Shown here one piece after another: positions 39,001 to 54,000 of a DNA stretch of 64,000 bases (the stretch's first letter is position 1; every line of letters starts with the position of its first letter). A program made the translations under genes and the position numbers. Under the pieces are notes generated by a model. It worked only from the letters and a program-made list of their open reading frames with translations, was not told where the DNA came from and did no database searches. This stretch comes from Phoronis australis (Eukaryota; Animalia; Phoronida), in NCBI GenBank assembly GCA_002633005.1, contig NMRA01000169.1, positions 257,203 to 321,202 on the forward strand. The letters are read 5' to 3'.

Positions 39001-42000
39001 ACTGTGTGGATGCCATAAAACAATATTTTGAAATGCTCCCGATATTTGTAGTAAAGGTGTTCAGTGTTCGAAATAATTGAAATACGAAAATGGCAATTTT
39101 TTGCATTATAATTTTTGACTAAATGTGTGAAGAACCGCCATCCATTCGATATAATCACAGTTCAATGTGTTAGCATTGTGACCATCCATTCTTGTCAATG
39201 TAACGTTCGTTTGGTTGCAATAATTAGGTGATAGTAAGACTGCACACAAAACTATTTTTCTTAATTTGTTGATTCAATGACTACTTTTAATTGATGGTTT
39301 TTCATTCTCTTTACTCATTTCTACCTTGGATCCCGTCAATCTCTGGTGTTGGTAAGTTATGGTATTTCTTACCTTCTTGATGGACTCCCATGTTTACCCT
39401 GAGGAGGGCCTGTAGGAAGGTTTTCGCAGTGAACCAAACAACTCGGTCAGATAATTGTCTAACATAATATTGTTGGGCAAAAAATCCATCCTTCATTCAA
39501 CTTGTTCAGAGCTGCAGACTTTCAGTTGGTATGGTTTAAGTTCTCGCCAGTTTTGGCAAGACTGTGAAATTCTTCCATTGATATCGTTTACAAAAAGTTA
39601 CGCTCACCATGAGGCCCTTATGTCCCTGTTCACAATTGAGACATCACATGACTGAACTACCTGGCTAAATTTTTTAACTGGGAATTTGTACTGATTTTTC
39701 CGATTAGCTGTTCCTATAGAGCATGTGATTTCGCCTGTTTCTCCTCTTATCCCGTTTGGTGTCACCGCGTGCAGTTTTTTTGTGAGTGGCTGCCAGTGGC
39801 AGTATTCGTGTGTCTAAAGGAACATGTGGTGAGAAATGATCATGTGATGACAAATGAGTTTTGGTGTGGTGAAATCTCACCAATTTTAGACAAAAAATTC
39901 TTAAAATTGATGTTTTTTAAAAAGCCTCCAAGCTCTTTTTGTTTGAGTGGCCACAGTTTCTCTAAACATTACCAATTATAGTAATGGATTACATTTATTT
40001 GGTATCGCGTCTTGATAAAAAATTTAGGAAAATAAAAATTTATTTGTCCAACATACTTTGTCGTAAATTGGTGACATTTCAGAATCATGTAGAATATTCC
40101 CACTGAAGCATGTTACAACTGAAGCTCTTGTTTAACAAAGAGAAACCCCTTGGGTAATCTTGCTATTTGCTGCTTTGAAACCCCACTGGTCAAAATGACA
40201 ACTGTGTTCAGTAATACCGGTATTGAATATTTTAAAGTGGGAGTGATTAACATTAAGAAAAAACTGTAAAAGTTCTCCAATTTGGGACAGTTTCTAAAAT
40301 ATGGGTCTTTGAAATTCAAGGCAAAATTGAATTCTTGTGAAGCTGAAGATTGGACATGGGCGATTTTGACGATTTCTTAAACACTTGGTACAACAAAGTC
40401 TGAAAAGAGACTCGGAACTTCATAAAACTGTCAAAAATAGCCATTGTGAATTTGGGACGGCCAATGTTGTCTATTCCTAAAATTTTATTGAAACTCTGAG
40501 CTGGAGAAACTTTTTCAGTGTCCCAAACTGGAGAATTGTTACCATATGCTGTTAGCTATATTGCACTTATTATATATTAGTGTCTACACTTTCTGTTTTC
40601 TTAGGTCATTTCTATGTGGGGCTTAGTAGACAGTTAAAAGTGTTCATTATATTGTGTTTAGGTGTAAGGTAACTCAGAGGTCGTGGCTTTTAATTTACAG
40701 ATTATGGAATACGGATTAATATTTTTCACTGTTTTATGTTGTTTAATATATTTTGTGTTTTTGACCTCTGTCTTCAGCCAACCGTCCAACGTACGTCGTA
40801 GTATCAAACTCAAATATGACCGACGCTTTCTTGTGTTCGGTGAACGTGATGAGTCGGGCGAAGATGTTCACTTGACGGGGCGGATATTACGTATTTTGAG
40901 ATCAACACTGGATGGACTGCTGGCAGCCTCAGAGGTAGGTCCTACGTGTAGGCACTCTTAACGGGGAAATGAGCCGTTTTTAAAGTTTCCCTAGTAACTA
41001 AAAAATACAGTTTCCTGATTGGGCCAAAAAGCATAATAATTATAATTGTTTTTTCGAAATCAAGGTGCTGGTTGATTATTTATTAGTTGCTTACTTTTTC
41101 AGAAAAGAAAATTCACGTGGGACAAGCAAAAATGATGCAGATTTTTTTACTAATGGCATTTCTCAAACCTTTTACCCTCATTTACATCCCTTTGTACAGA
41201 AAAACCTAGGCTAAAATTGATACGGATGGATTTTTTGGTGAGTGCAGTTCTCGTCGTAAGTCGGGGTAAAGACTAAAAAGAACCAATTTTGCATTTCTGG
41301 CCTTATGGCGGCATTTTTCACGTACTGGTCATTTGTTGTTTATTTATTATCCATACAAATCTATAAAGTGGCGTTAGCCATCCACTAAAAGCCTGTATCT
41401 TCATTGTGCATGAACGACCATGAACACAACCTGTTGTCATCAGTGGTTTGGCTGTGGGTTACAGTTTAGAAGGTCGGTAGTGTTGTTGTGTAGGTTACCT
41501 AGAATTTTCAATAAATTTTATGTAAAAATAATGTTTTAATGAAAATATCGCGCGTTTGTCACTTTTCAAAAAATTTGAAAGAGCCACGCAGTACTAAATG
41601 GGTCAAGACAAAATCACTAAGTTTAAACTAGAATAAGTCAAGTTAGCAGTTGTGGTGAACCTTTCTAGTGTATATTTCCGTTGAAGCATGCAATTGCTTT
41701 TGGTTCATTTGTGGTTTCATTGTGTGAAATTATTGTAGGAATGCTAACTCGCCCTTTAAAAATAATTATTAGGAAAACAATGTGTTTGACCCAAAACGTG
41801 GCACTGCATGGGGTTTTAAAATGGTGTGATATACTCAAAGAAGCTGGGTGAAAATGTTTTTATTGAGTTTGTACTCTTTATCTTATTAGATATTGTATAA
41901 TAAAATCTCACCAATTTGTAACAAAATTATTTACAAAAATTGCCCTTTTCTCATTTTTCATGGACTTCTAATCTTGGACATAGCAAAGCATTACTTATAG

Positions 42001-45000
42001 GTGCTACATATCATTCATGGATAAGTAAGAAATTAAAATTCACCCGTTGGCAATATTGTGTACTAAATTGATGAGATTTTACAGTGAACCGTAGTTACTT
42101 GTTTATAGACTGTACTCTATGTGGCTTTTATTTGCACTAGGTATACAGTAGGAGAAAGTATAGAAGAGCACTCCGTGAATCTATGCGGGTACATCGACTG
42201 TTAGTAACGATAATCATAATACAGTGTTGTGTTCCATGATTGTAGTTTACAACGGAATAACTCAGTTTGGTAGTTTTCAAAATTCAAACAAGTTTGGCAG
42301 AGTCTATCGGAGTCCTGTCAAAGTCTGTCCAGTTTATTTTGAGAACTACCTGTGTTGTGCTCTGCAGGTTTCATGAGATGGGCTCAGAGGGATCATCAAC
42401 ATCAGAATAGTAGAAAGTAGGCAACAAAATAAATAAAATTTCAGAGACGTTTATATTGTTAGGGGAATAAGTGTAATATGTAGATTTCAACGGAAACAAG
42501 TCATCGAGCGTTGATTTTCAAGTATCTGGTGTGCAAGCTGTCTTGTATAACTGAGTTATTATAGGTATTCAATTAATTCGTAAGTATTTTTCATATACAA
42601 AAGGCCTGTGTTTAGTAGTCATGTACTAATAACTGCAGTTACTTTAATTAAGAAACATTTTCTTGTGAAGAACTTAATAGTTAAGTGCATTTTACTGTCT
42701 CAGCCATGTAACTTAACTGTTAAAAATGCACTGAATTAATTTGCATATATACACTCGTCAGTGTTAGAGGAAAGATTATGGATTATCCAAGAACCCCTTT
42801 AAGTAGTACCAGCTGAGGGGATGCAGATTCCATGCAGCAATGGATTAATCTCAAACAACCTCTACATATGTCTGTTGTCAGAATCCACCCTCACCTCTCC
42901 CCCTGGAGAAAATACTAGATCCTAAATTCATGGCTGACAATACCACATAGAGAGTGTCATGGAGCAAGAAAATTATAATATACAAACATTATGTTTAGCA
43001 TTAAGGTACTACTTAACCTAGGTTGTTAGGCCTACAAGAGGTTTACTTAGGATTTTCACATCGTGTTGCAACGCTGAATGTTAGGAGCATATGAACTAGA
43101 TTATTTGAAGCATGGAGTATTTATCATAAATAACGATTTTGATGTTTTCTTGGTATTTTGCGCTATACAGTACAGCATGGGTAGTGAATACCTAATACCT
43201 AGTACATTCTAGTGTCAGATTATATTTAGCTGGGTTTGGTGTTTTGAGTTATAAGTCATAATTATTCCGTAACTTTTCTTTACAATTTATTGATTTTGGG
43301 ACACCAAGAAATTGTTGTTTTTCTATTTTTCAAACTGGAATTTGTTTTGACACTTTACGTTCTACGGTGCCTATTCTTCAGTGTTGAAGAACACTGACCT
43401 CTCATAATCATGGTTTAAGCAGATGAGTGTCTAGGATACCGTGACACTTGATGGCTCCCACATGTAGATCATAGCCACAAATTATTATTATTATCTCCGT
43501 AAACCACAATGCACTCGAGTGCACAATGAAAAAGTCTGATACTATTGTACGTTGAGTTAGTACAAAATTAGAATGGAAAATATCAAAAATAAATCCGAAC
43601 TCCATTTCGAGCACGAAGATTAGACCCCAAGCCATGGAGTAAAGGTAAATAGTCTTGGTTAGGTTCAGTATGGCGGACATTTTGTCTCTTTTGGTCAAGG
43701 TGGTGTCTTAAAGCCTTGTAACCCGTGTTTGACGTGTGTTTCAGCTATATTACCGCCAGAAGGGTCCCCGTCTGGTGACGCGACCCCAGGCTCTGCAGGA
43801 GACATTTGACCAGTGTGCGGAGATCATCTGCACTAAGCTGCAGTCGTATGAGAAGCAGGCTAATGAGTACCACAACCAGTGTCTGCAGGGTAAGCATGTA
43901 CTACTAACTGTACAGTACATGACAAAAGTAACGAGACCAAATACCAGTTTCCTGTCATGATGGCTAGTTATTTACAGACTAAGCCAATGACAGTTAATGA
44001 CTATTAAAATGGTAGCAAAATTCTAAGTACATAATGGCTTGTCCACTATGCCTGGTTTTGAGGGAAGGCTATTCTGATGTTCTCATGACGGGGAATTCTG
44101 CGCCACATTGTTTGGATATTTTTGGCGGCAAAATAGATGGCTTAGCCTACTTTGTTCTTAGTCATAAGGGAAGACTATGCTGATGAGCTTGGCATCATTT
44201 TGTCTTCTAGATTTTTTTGGCGCGTACTGTATACAAAATTTAGGGTGTTTGATAGTGGCGTGTTCAAGCATCATTGCTACATGATTGGTTTGTGGAAACC
44301 AAGAAATTACCATGTTTCCAGTAAGTTGACAGAATAATGAGAACATCATCTAGGGCTGCAATGAGGCTGAACATTTCCATTACATTTTCTGTCTTTGGTT
44401 CTCAGTTTTTACAATTTGGGACTGTAAGAGGTGACTGTATAAACGTTTTAAACACAGTATTTGTTGGAAACTTTTTATTTTTTGACAACGAATCTAGGAT
44501 CAATGTTTATTAAATATATAACTTTATAATAAAAACATTAATTTGAAAGAACATTCAAATAATATCATTTTGTTGCATGATCAGTTATCAGATACTCTTT
44601 ACGTCATTCATTGTCTCCGAAAATTTGTCGTGAACCTAACCGAAATTGCACTTGGAACCGTTATGTCAGTTTGGTGCAGTTTTGGGTAGCNATAGCCACA
44701 AATTATTATTATTATCTCCGTAAACCACAATGCACTCGAGTGCACAATGAAAAAGTCTGATGCTATTGTACGTTGAGTTAGTACAAAATTAGAATGGAAA
44801 ATATCAAAAATAAATCCGAACTCCATTTCGAGCACGAAGATTAGACCCCAAGCCATGGAGTAAAGGTAAATAGTCTTAGGTTAGGTTCAGTATGGCGGAC
44901 ATTTTGTCTCTTTTGGTCAAGGTGGTGTCTTAAAGCCTTGTAACCCGTGTTTGACGTGTGTTTCAGCTATATTACCGCCAGAAGGGTCCCCGTCTGGTGA

Positions 45001-48000
45001 CGCGACCCCAGGCTCTGCAGGAGACATTTGACCAGTGTGCGGAGATCATCTGCGCTAAGCTGCAGTCGTATGAGAAGCAGGCTAATGAGTACCACAACCA
45101 GTGTCTGCAGGGTAAGCATGTACTACTAACTGTACAGTACATGACAAAAGTAACGAGACCAAATACCAGTTTCCTGTCATGATGGCTAGTTATTTACAGA
45201 CTAAGCCAATGACAGTTAATGACTATTATAAAATGGTTGCAAAATTCTAAGTACATAATGGCTTGTCCACTGTTTTAACTTTCCTGTCAACTCCATTTCA
45301 CGCCTGGTTTTGAGGGAAGGCTATTCTGATGTTCTCATGACGGGGAATTCTGTGCCACATTGTTTGGATATTTTTGGCGTGTGCTGTATTTTGGTGGCAA
45401 AATAGATGGCTTAGCCTACTTTGTAACTTCATTGTTATCTCCCCTGTGTTCTTAGTCATAAAGGAAGACTATGCTGATGAAATCGGCATCATGTTGTCTT
45501 CTAGATTTTTTGTTGTGTACTGTATACAAAATTAGGGTGTTTGATAGTGGCGTGTACAAGCATCTACACGATTGGGTTGTGAAAACCGAGAAATTACCAT
45601 GTTTCCAGTAACTTGACAGAATAATGAGAACATCATCTATAGGGCTGCAATGAGGCTGAACATTTTGATTACATTTTCTGTCTTTGGTTCTCAGTTTTTA
45701 CAATTTGGGACTGTAAGAGGTGACTGTATAAACGTTTTAAACACAGTATTTGTTGGAAACTTTTTATTTTTTGACAACGAATCTAGGATCAATGTTTATT
45801 GAATATATAACTTTATAATAAAAACATTAATTTGAAAGAACCTTTCAAATAATATCATTTTGTTGCATGATCAGTTATCAGATACTCTTTACAGCATTCA
45901 TTGTCGTGAACCTAACCGAAATTACACTTGCAACCGTTATGTCAGTTTGGGGCAGTTTCGGGTAGCTGTTGTAGCCTTAATGACATACATATCTGCTTTA
46001 AAATATGGTGGATGTTAAGTATTGCTTGTCTAAAAACGTAATGTTGCTTTTATCCCAATCATATAATTATGAAATTCAATTCCTTTTAACGACTTTTTGT
46101 TGTTTTCATGCACAAATTGTGTGTGTCCTAAACTAATTAATTTTACCTTAATCCTGACTTCTGCAACTGTACATACAGTAAATCCACAGATTGGAAGCCT
46201 TGTGGTTTTTCGATCACTTTTTAATTATTACATCGATCATTTGATCGTTACTTTGTACAATAACACCATGGGCCATGTGGAGCTATACAATAACACTATG
46301 GGCCATGCGGAGCTATTTGTATTATAACACTACAATGGGCCATGCGGAGCTATTTGTATTATAACACTACAATGGGCCATGTGGAGCTATTTGTATTATA
46401 ACACTACAATGGGTCATTTGGAGCTATTTGCTCCTTTGCTTAGACTTGTTGCTTTACTCATGTTTTTTCCTGGCTTGAAGATGGTGATTTTAACCTGATC
46501 AAGCTTTTTGCTACGTATGGCTTTAGGGTCGTGTACATGTTGAGTCTGTTTCATGGAATGTGACTTAAGATTTGAGACACAAATCTGGTCTTACGTTCCC
46601 AATCCACAATATTGTGGAATAATGGTTTAGCTTTCAAATAATTATGAGCGCATCACATTTCACAAATAATTCATAGAAATTGTCTCAGTAACTAGCAGTT
46701 ATGTGTATATTCTTAGAGTCTTTGTTTTTTTGATCTAATGAGATTTAATTATTTTTCAAAATAGTTGTGTGGAGCATAAGACTATATTTCTAACTTTTAA
46801 CTGTATAAGTTTTATTATTTTTCATGAGGCAGGCCCTGTAATGTTAATTGAATTAACTGATGGCCGTTCATTAAATGCCTAAACAACATTTTTGTTAACT
46901 CTTAGTTACGCGCTGGACTCTATTGAATGATATGGTGATGTTTATCTCCTAGAATTCCGTGGCCAGTTGTGGAAATTGGAACACCTGGTGGAGAGGATCC
47001 CAGCTCTTCTGATTGCGGAGATAGAAAAGGTGGAACTTGAAGCAGCAGAGCAGAAGAGAAACACCTTAAACAAAACGTTCAGCCTCAAAAATGCTGAGCT
47101 TGACAAAAGAAAGGCAAGAAAGACATTGAATCCTCTTTATGTTTGTCTTTATAATAAAGCAGTATGACATAATGAAATAAGCATTGTTGCTAATGGCAAC
47201 TGATATATGGTTGACACAGTTCATAGTTCTTGAATGAGGATATAACACAAGGTAGTTTCTCTGTGTCTGTTTATCTTTCTTCAAAGGCTGTTGTGCTGTG
47301 TGATATTCAAATAATTTTCAGAAAAATGCCCAATGTTTTAAAGCCTATTTTGAACGGTTACGCTTGTAAATTTGGATCCTATGGTATATTATGGGCATCG
47401 CTCTGAGCCCAGTTCCTTAAATTGTCAAATGTAACGAACTGTTAGGCGTATTGGTTTGCTTTTATTTACGTCGTTGTGAGAATCACCTTTTAACCCAAAC
47501 AGCTACAAATAACAGCCGTACGCAATGGTGTTCTATTCAGACTCCTATTCAATACTATTGTTATCGACCTTTTGTTGTTTGTGCAGCGATCTCGCAGTGA
47601 CACAATGTGGCTCAAAAATACAGCTTCACCTGTCATTTGGCAGGCCTACATTTGCATGATTAAACTCGCATTTTCTTATTTTGCTAAGGCTTTGCTATGA
47701 GTACCTCATTTGCCCAATACATCTAAAATAACAAAATTCCGTTGAAGTTAGGCTTTAAAAAGTCTGTGAATGAAAGAAATTGCATTTTGTTCCTGTTAAC
47801 TGTGCCTGTCTTGGTTATCAAATGGTCAGTCACCGCTTTTGTGGTCTCCAGCACTACACTAAAGAGTTGCATTGACAAATGTTTGTGAGCTGCCTGCCAA
47901 CATTGCGACAATACTCAGCAAAGCTCCTTTAACCTCTTCATTCCGCCAAACTCAAAGTTTAGTGTAGACTAGTAACAGTAACTGTTTCGAAATATTTCTG

Positions 48001-51000
48001 AACTTGTTCTATACTGACTTTGACGTTAGGTTATTCTGAACGAGTTAACTTTTCACTCCAGGTTGTTTCTGCGCTCTGCATGGTCTCAAACAATAACAAA
48101 CAGCCAGATGTTACTTTAGCCTTGTAAGCGACAAGTTGAGACCAGTTTTGTTGTGTCGTGAATGCAGGTTTCAATGAAAATTTTGTTTCTTTTTTGCAAG
48201 AACATGGGTTTACAGCAGCTTTAATTACATGATAACATGTGTCAGTGATGAAGTATGTTATGTGCGACACTATTTGACAACTGTTTATCATGTTACAGTT
48301 TGACCACAAGAACCTGCTGCGGCCTGGACTGGGTCATCCACATTACGCTGATGAGTTGAGCGCCCTCTCTGAGAGGGAAGATGCACGAAAGAAAGACTTC
48401 CTGCAAGGACTGGAAAATCATATCACCATTCTGCAGGTGAGTGGTTGGTTCTGGCTGGTGGCACAATATTGACGTTATGAGAAACAGGGGCGGGTTCCAC
48501 GAGGGAAAAAATCTGGGGGGAAAGAGTGATCGGGGAAGACCATGGAAGATCGAGCGAGTGAATGGCGAGTGTTTGGGGTTTGTTTGGAAGCACACCCCAG
48601 CAAGATGGCAGCCTCTGAAGTGATTGGTCGGTGTGGTTGGAATGTTGAATTTTGGGATAGAATTCCCCTTTTCTCACCGCAGGTGCTTCACGAGTGTGTT
48701 GAGTCTGTGGAACACAACTGAAGAAGCTTTTACAATTGCTTACATTTAACAGACCACTTATGAAAGTTTTCTAGCTATGTTGGGAAAGTGGATCATAGTT
48801 GCCATCTTGTTGCCCAACTGTGGTGAAGGTCTATAGCCTGCTCTTCTGAAACAAGCATGGGGTCTTACATGCTTCTGTCAGCAGTAATATGTTAGCATCT
48901 TGACGTCAAAGGAAATGAGACAAAAATCCACCTCGCTTCCTATAGCGCAAAAGTTTGTTACCCTTTTGAGAATCATTCTCTTTGTCAAAAAGACCAGTGG
49001 TGAATTTAATTCAATTACAGTGCATTATTTTGTTACCAGTCACTTACTTTTTATAACCTGGTTTGTTTACTCATGATTAAGTCATGAGTGTTCTTGAGTA
49101 CACAGTATTGGTCGTGTACCTTGAGGTTATGTGGGGTCATCTAAAAATTCCAATTTGGCAAACTTTGGACCATTGGACCATCATATCTCAGAGGAAAGGA
49201 TGTTGCTCAGTGGTTTGAGCTTCAGACTCCTGTTTGAGAGACCTGGGTTCAAATCCTGGCTTCTCTAGTTGACAATCAACCATAGTTTTGATTGCACAAA
49301 GGTGTCTCCTACTCCTGTGAGCTTGGTGTTACTAGAGAGTGTATGCAAGGGAGTGAATGAGAACTTGGATATAATATGAAAGCGATTCATGGGGCTGTGC
49401 TCATATTTTTATCATATCTCAGAAATGGTTGATCAGATTTTTGTGAAACTTTCAGACCTCATACTTCGTGCATTGTTCTCAAAAGTGCTGTTAGAATTAT
49501 AGTAGTTTTTGAAAATTTCCACTTTTGCATGAGGGGCAATAGAAACAGCACTTATTTTTATGAAAAAATTTAAAGTGGCATATAACAAAAATGAAATGAT
49601 TATTTAAAAAACTGCAACAGCAGTTTTGAGATTTCATTTTTGTTCATGTACATCAAACAAAATTTGGTCATGTTCTTGCTACCGTTTTTTTCTGAAAAGA
49701 CGGTATTCACATGATCCAATTAATAGCAGATTGACTAATGATTAATTTGAGACCAATATCACAACGGTAAGTGGTTTGAATAAGTAGAAGGTCGTGTTAG
49801 GTTCATCTAAAGTTGATCAGAATATATCAAAGCCATGTAGGGGTTGGTGTGTGTGATGAGATTACAGCTCCAGTGTCCAGACAAAGGGAAGAATTGTCAT
49901 GTATGTAGGCTGCTTTGTCTCAAGTAACTCACATCACTGACATTTTGTGGATAGACAAAAATTTACGCATGCACATACCAAATAGAGACTCAACATAACA
50001 ATGTTTTTCTATTGCTGCAGTGGGGTTATTTCTCACAATCCATTATCCATACAACATCTGCTTGAACTGTATAAAGGTCAATGTAATGTGTGTCCTGTTT
50101 CAGGAAGTAACGACTGAGCATGCCCAGACATTTGTGGATAAACTGGCCAAAATGTCAGAGGAGCTGTTCCTGGAGTTTGACAACCTGCTTACCATTGATG
50201 ACGTGGACCGAGGAAGTATGCTTTTTGCTTTGAATTCTCTTTTCATTTTCTTTGAAAAATCTAACAGTTTGACTGTTCAATGTTGCTTGAGACCAGGCTG
50301 TACAAGTTGATTGGTCACAGCGTCTCATTTAATGCGTTGAGTACAGTCTCAAGGAATAACGAAGTGTCAGTTCTTTTCAAACCCAGACACCTCTTCTCAT
50401 TTAGTGAGTAAGGAATCAATTGAATCCAGTTTATGATTACAGTAAGTGGTACTTGTCAACCAAACTTTTGCTTCTTGATTGCAACGCTGGCTCACTACCA
50501 CTTTAAGTCTTTGAAACTGAAACCTGGATAGAAATGAATTGTTTTGAAACAATTTTAGTTGAGTCAAATTTCTGTGTGTTAAGAGCTATAAGTTGTTGTT
50601 TTACATCAGAAATTTTTGTTTGAGTTTTTGTAGTCAATCTTTGACATCCAAACAGAGTATGAAATGGTTATGAAAACTACTGTGCAGGCTTTTGTGGATA
50701 GCCATACTGTAAAGCTTCCGTCAACTGACAATAGAGTGAGCCACCAGTTCTTGAACACATGACTGTCTTTCTATATAGCTCTCTTTCTTCCTCTGTTCAG
50801 CTAATCCTGTGGTGTTTGTCTCGGCTGCTGGTAAGAGGAACAACATGTTGACAACTGTTTCTTTTGACTTTAAATTGTATATTAACAATGTTATTTACCA
50901 CAGACATCTTGGTGCTCGTGCGCAATAGCCGTGTTGCATGCATAGCTTATTGTACAGTCATGTGACACGGTTGTTGCACAGGATGTAGAGTTGGAAAAGA

Positions 51001-54000
51001 AATTAGGGTTAAGTCTACCATGTGGTATGAATATTTTAAATTACACAAGTTTTATGTGGGAGTGTTAATACGTCTTGGATTGTGCACCGTGTAAATATTT
51101 TCACAAGGCCTTCAATACTTACTTATCGCGGTAACTGAGACGAATAACATAACCCATATATAATACACATGTAGTTTAGAATAATATATATCAGCTTTTG
51201 GTGTTATGTTTACTGTCAACAATTGTAATTGTTTTTAATACAGGCCCAGTCTATGCAAAGATAATCCTTGCTGCACAAAATCTTTAAACAAACTGATCCT
51301 GTGGATACTGTTGCTTTAAGTTTTATTATCCAACTGATACGAACATACTTCTACTTACTGTCAGCATGGCATTTTTCTGTTATTTGATGAGACATGAGAT
51401 TAAGAAGGACCTCAATTGCCTTTATATAACAAATTTGTTTTCATTCTCACTTGATATTTGCATCTTTGGTAGTATTTATACCCAAGATCCACCCACTGGA
51501 TAGTTCATATGCCTGTGACAGACTATCCAAGACCTGTCTGTATCCAACTCGGAGTATACATCAGGGGTCTGTTTCTTGAATTGTGACTTAAGTTTCAAAA
51601 GACTCGAGTCAGGAATTTGGTATTAGGGTCCTCATAACCATTTCTGAAAACAATTAATTAAATGTGACTTGAGCAAAAGTGCAAAATATCTGAGAATATA
51701 GTAGCATTACATATAACTATAACATACTGAGATAATGCCCACAAATTATTTCTAGACTGTGATATGCTCATTATTTACATGGCTAAACTTTTATTCAGCA
51801 GTTGTGAAGTGGGAACAAATGTCTGTCTTAAGTCTCAAGTCTTTCTTGATAAAACAGTCCCCAATTCTATTATGAGGCTTTACAATTGTAGCCACTGAGG
51901 TACTTTAACAAGGAATAATGGGTCGGGAGTTGACTTATGGGGAACTCTAATGCTTTAATCTGATCAGTTACACATTGAATGGGTGCTATGGGGGCTTGGT
52001 AGGTTGTCTCCTCTATGGTGTATGAAATAACCTGTACTATTGACAATGTTTGGGGATTCATATTGGACGAATCTTGTTGAATGACTTTTACCGACCGACT
52101 ATTTAATATCTGTGATTATGTATGTTTTTGAAGGAGTACCTCCCAAGAAATATCCAACCAGTGAGCTGATTCGCCGCAAGAATGCTGGACTGCCATTGGA
52201 GGATGATGCGAACAAGAACGCGCTGCCACGGGGGAAAGCAACGTGGAATGGTGAGTATGTGTTGTGGGATGGTGGAGCGTGCAAAATGCGGTGTTCACCA
52301 CATTAACTTAAAAATTGTTTTGCTGAAAGCTATTTAACTTTGACGTACTTTGTGTCATAAATGTAAGGGTTTGGAATTTATTAGATGTAATTGGGCCTAC
52401 CTGTTAATTTGTTAATTCAGTGATAGCTAATAGGCAGAAATCTAGCAGCCAGGAATACTAACTATTTCCATTGTGAAATGGGCATGTTGTTATGACACTT
52501 TTGTGCATGGAAACTTTGTCAAGTGTGGGAATTGTCCAGTGTATTTTGGTAATTGTTGTACTGTGTTGAACAAGGATGTTGATTGTTGGATAAAATGCCA
52601 TTGTTTTTGGTAGGTACTTCTGGATTGTCACTTTCGTCATAATGTAACATAGCTGTGCAATTTTAGGGTCTTCAGGGACACTGAACCAAATGTGGTGTTA
52701 TCTTGGATTTCATCAGGCTATTATCCTCTTAGGGCTGTTCCAGTAAAATCTGTATGGGAGGGGGGAAGGCACCTTTTTTTCGCACCCACCACCCATATTT
52801 TTCATTTATTTCTTCAGCCTACCACCCGTAATTTTTTATAAGTTTGAAATGCAACCACCCGTAATTTTTTTTTGTTCTTGTGGTTGACTGCACAGGCGCT
52901 TGAGTTTATCTGTTCCTCCATCACCACTAACGTCATTCATTACTAAGAAAACATATGTTTCTTATATATGGTTATTAGCCATCAATAAATTCGAGCACCT
53001 GTGGTCAAATGGAGTTATGGGCATGCCGATGAGGAGATCGGAGGGAGTGAAAAAGTCAGAGCTTTTTGAAAGTTGCATTTTTGTTTCAGTTTTTGATTCT
53101 TTGCGGATTGTTTATAAAATTTACTAAAATTACCCACCATCAAACATTTATGGCCCAATGAAACAACAACGACCTGTAAATTTTTGTTTTTTTGAGGTAC
53201 GACCACCAGCCATTTTGAATTTAAATCAAACGCAACCACCCATAAATTTTTATTTCAGTTGCCTTCCCCCCCCTCCCACACAGATTTTGCTGGAACAGCC
53301 CTTATACTGTATGGGCAATTGATTATTACATCTGAGCAGTTAATGGAACTACTCTATAGAGAATGAGTGAAATGCATTGATCGTAATTTAGGAATTTTGA
53401 TGCATTCATTAAAAAATGTTGATAGCACAGAGTAGATGTGCTGGCTGAGTGGGATGGTCTATTTCAATGTTATGTCAATGGTGGCCTCCCTGATATTGGT
53501 GATGAAGTTGATGGGGGATGGTGACAGGTGGAAGGATGACAAGGATGATGACGATGGGACTGGTGACAGGGGCAATGATGACTGAAGTGATGATGACATT
53601 GGTGATGGCAGTAAAGGTGACGGTGATGATGGTTATTTCAGCGGTAATGGTGATGGACAGATGGGGATGGTGCCGGTCATTTTTAAAAAAAATTACCAGC
53701 TGCTTTGAGTAACATAGTCATGTAATTCATTCACAGGTGTTGTTAAGAATGAACTTGTGGTTGGCCAGAAGTCGTCCAACGAACTCTTCACTGCCTCAGT
53801 GACAACGGTGAAGACAACACTCGGTCACAGTGGAACGTTGAAGGCTCGTGATCAAACCTACAAGGTAAGGGTTGGGTGTCCTTCACTGTTGTGATGACTA
53901 CTTTGGTCTGCAGTTTTAACACATGACCTGTTCAATCTGCTCAAACAAAATGACTCTCACACTGATGAACACAGGCTCACAGACCTGTTAACTTTGTTCA

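Larger units (their letters stand above)
43471..45966 (+). repeat. Tandem near-identical 1.2-kb duplication across a single N (43471-44690 vs 44692-45966)
   Basis: Direct repeat with SNPs and short indels; junction exactly at the N at 44691. Confidence 0.92.

Noticed and set aside
46256-46430. 37-bp repeats of CRISPR-like length
   Set aside because: The units are directly adjacent with no unique spacers; this is an ordinary minisatellite.
49198-49270. Possible tRNA gene
   Set aside because: A and B boxes are present but the stems do not pair as a cloverleaf; a SINE head is the better explanation.
53518-53712. M/V/T-rich 64-aa ORF
   Set aside because: It is a product of the degenerate GAT/GGT simple repeat.
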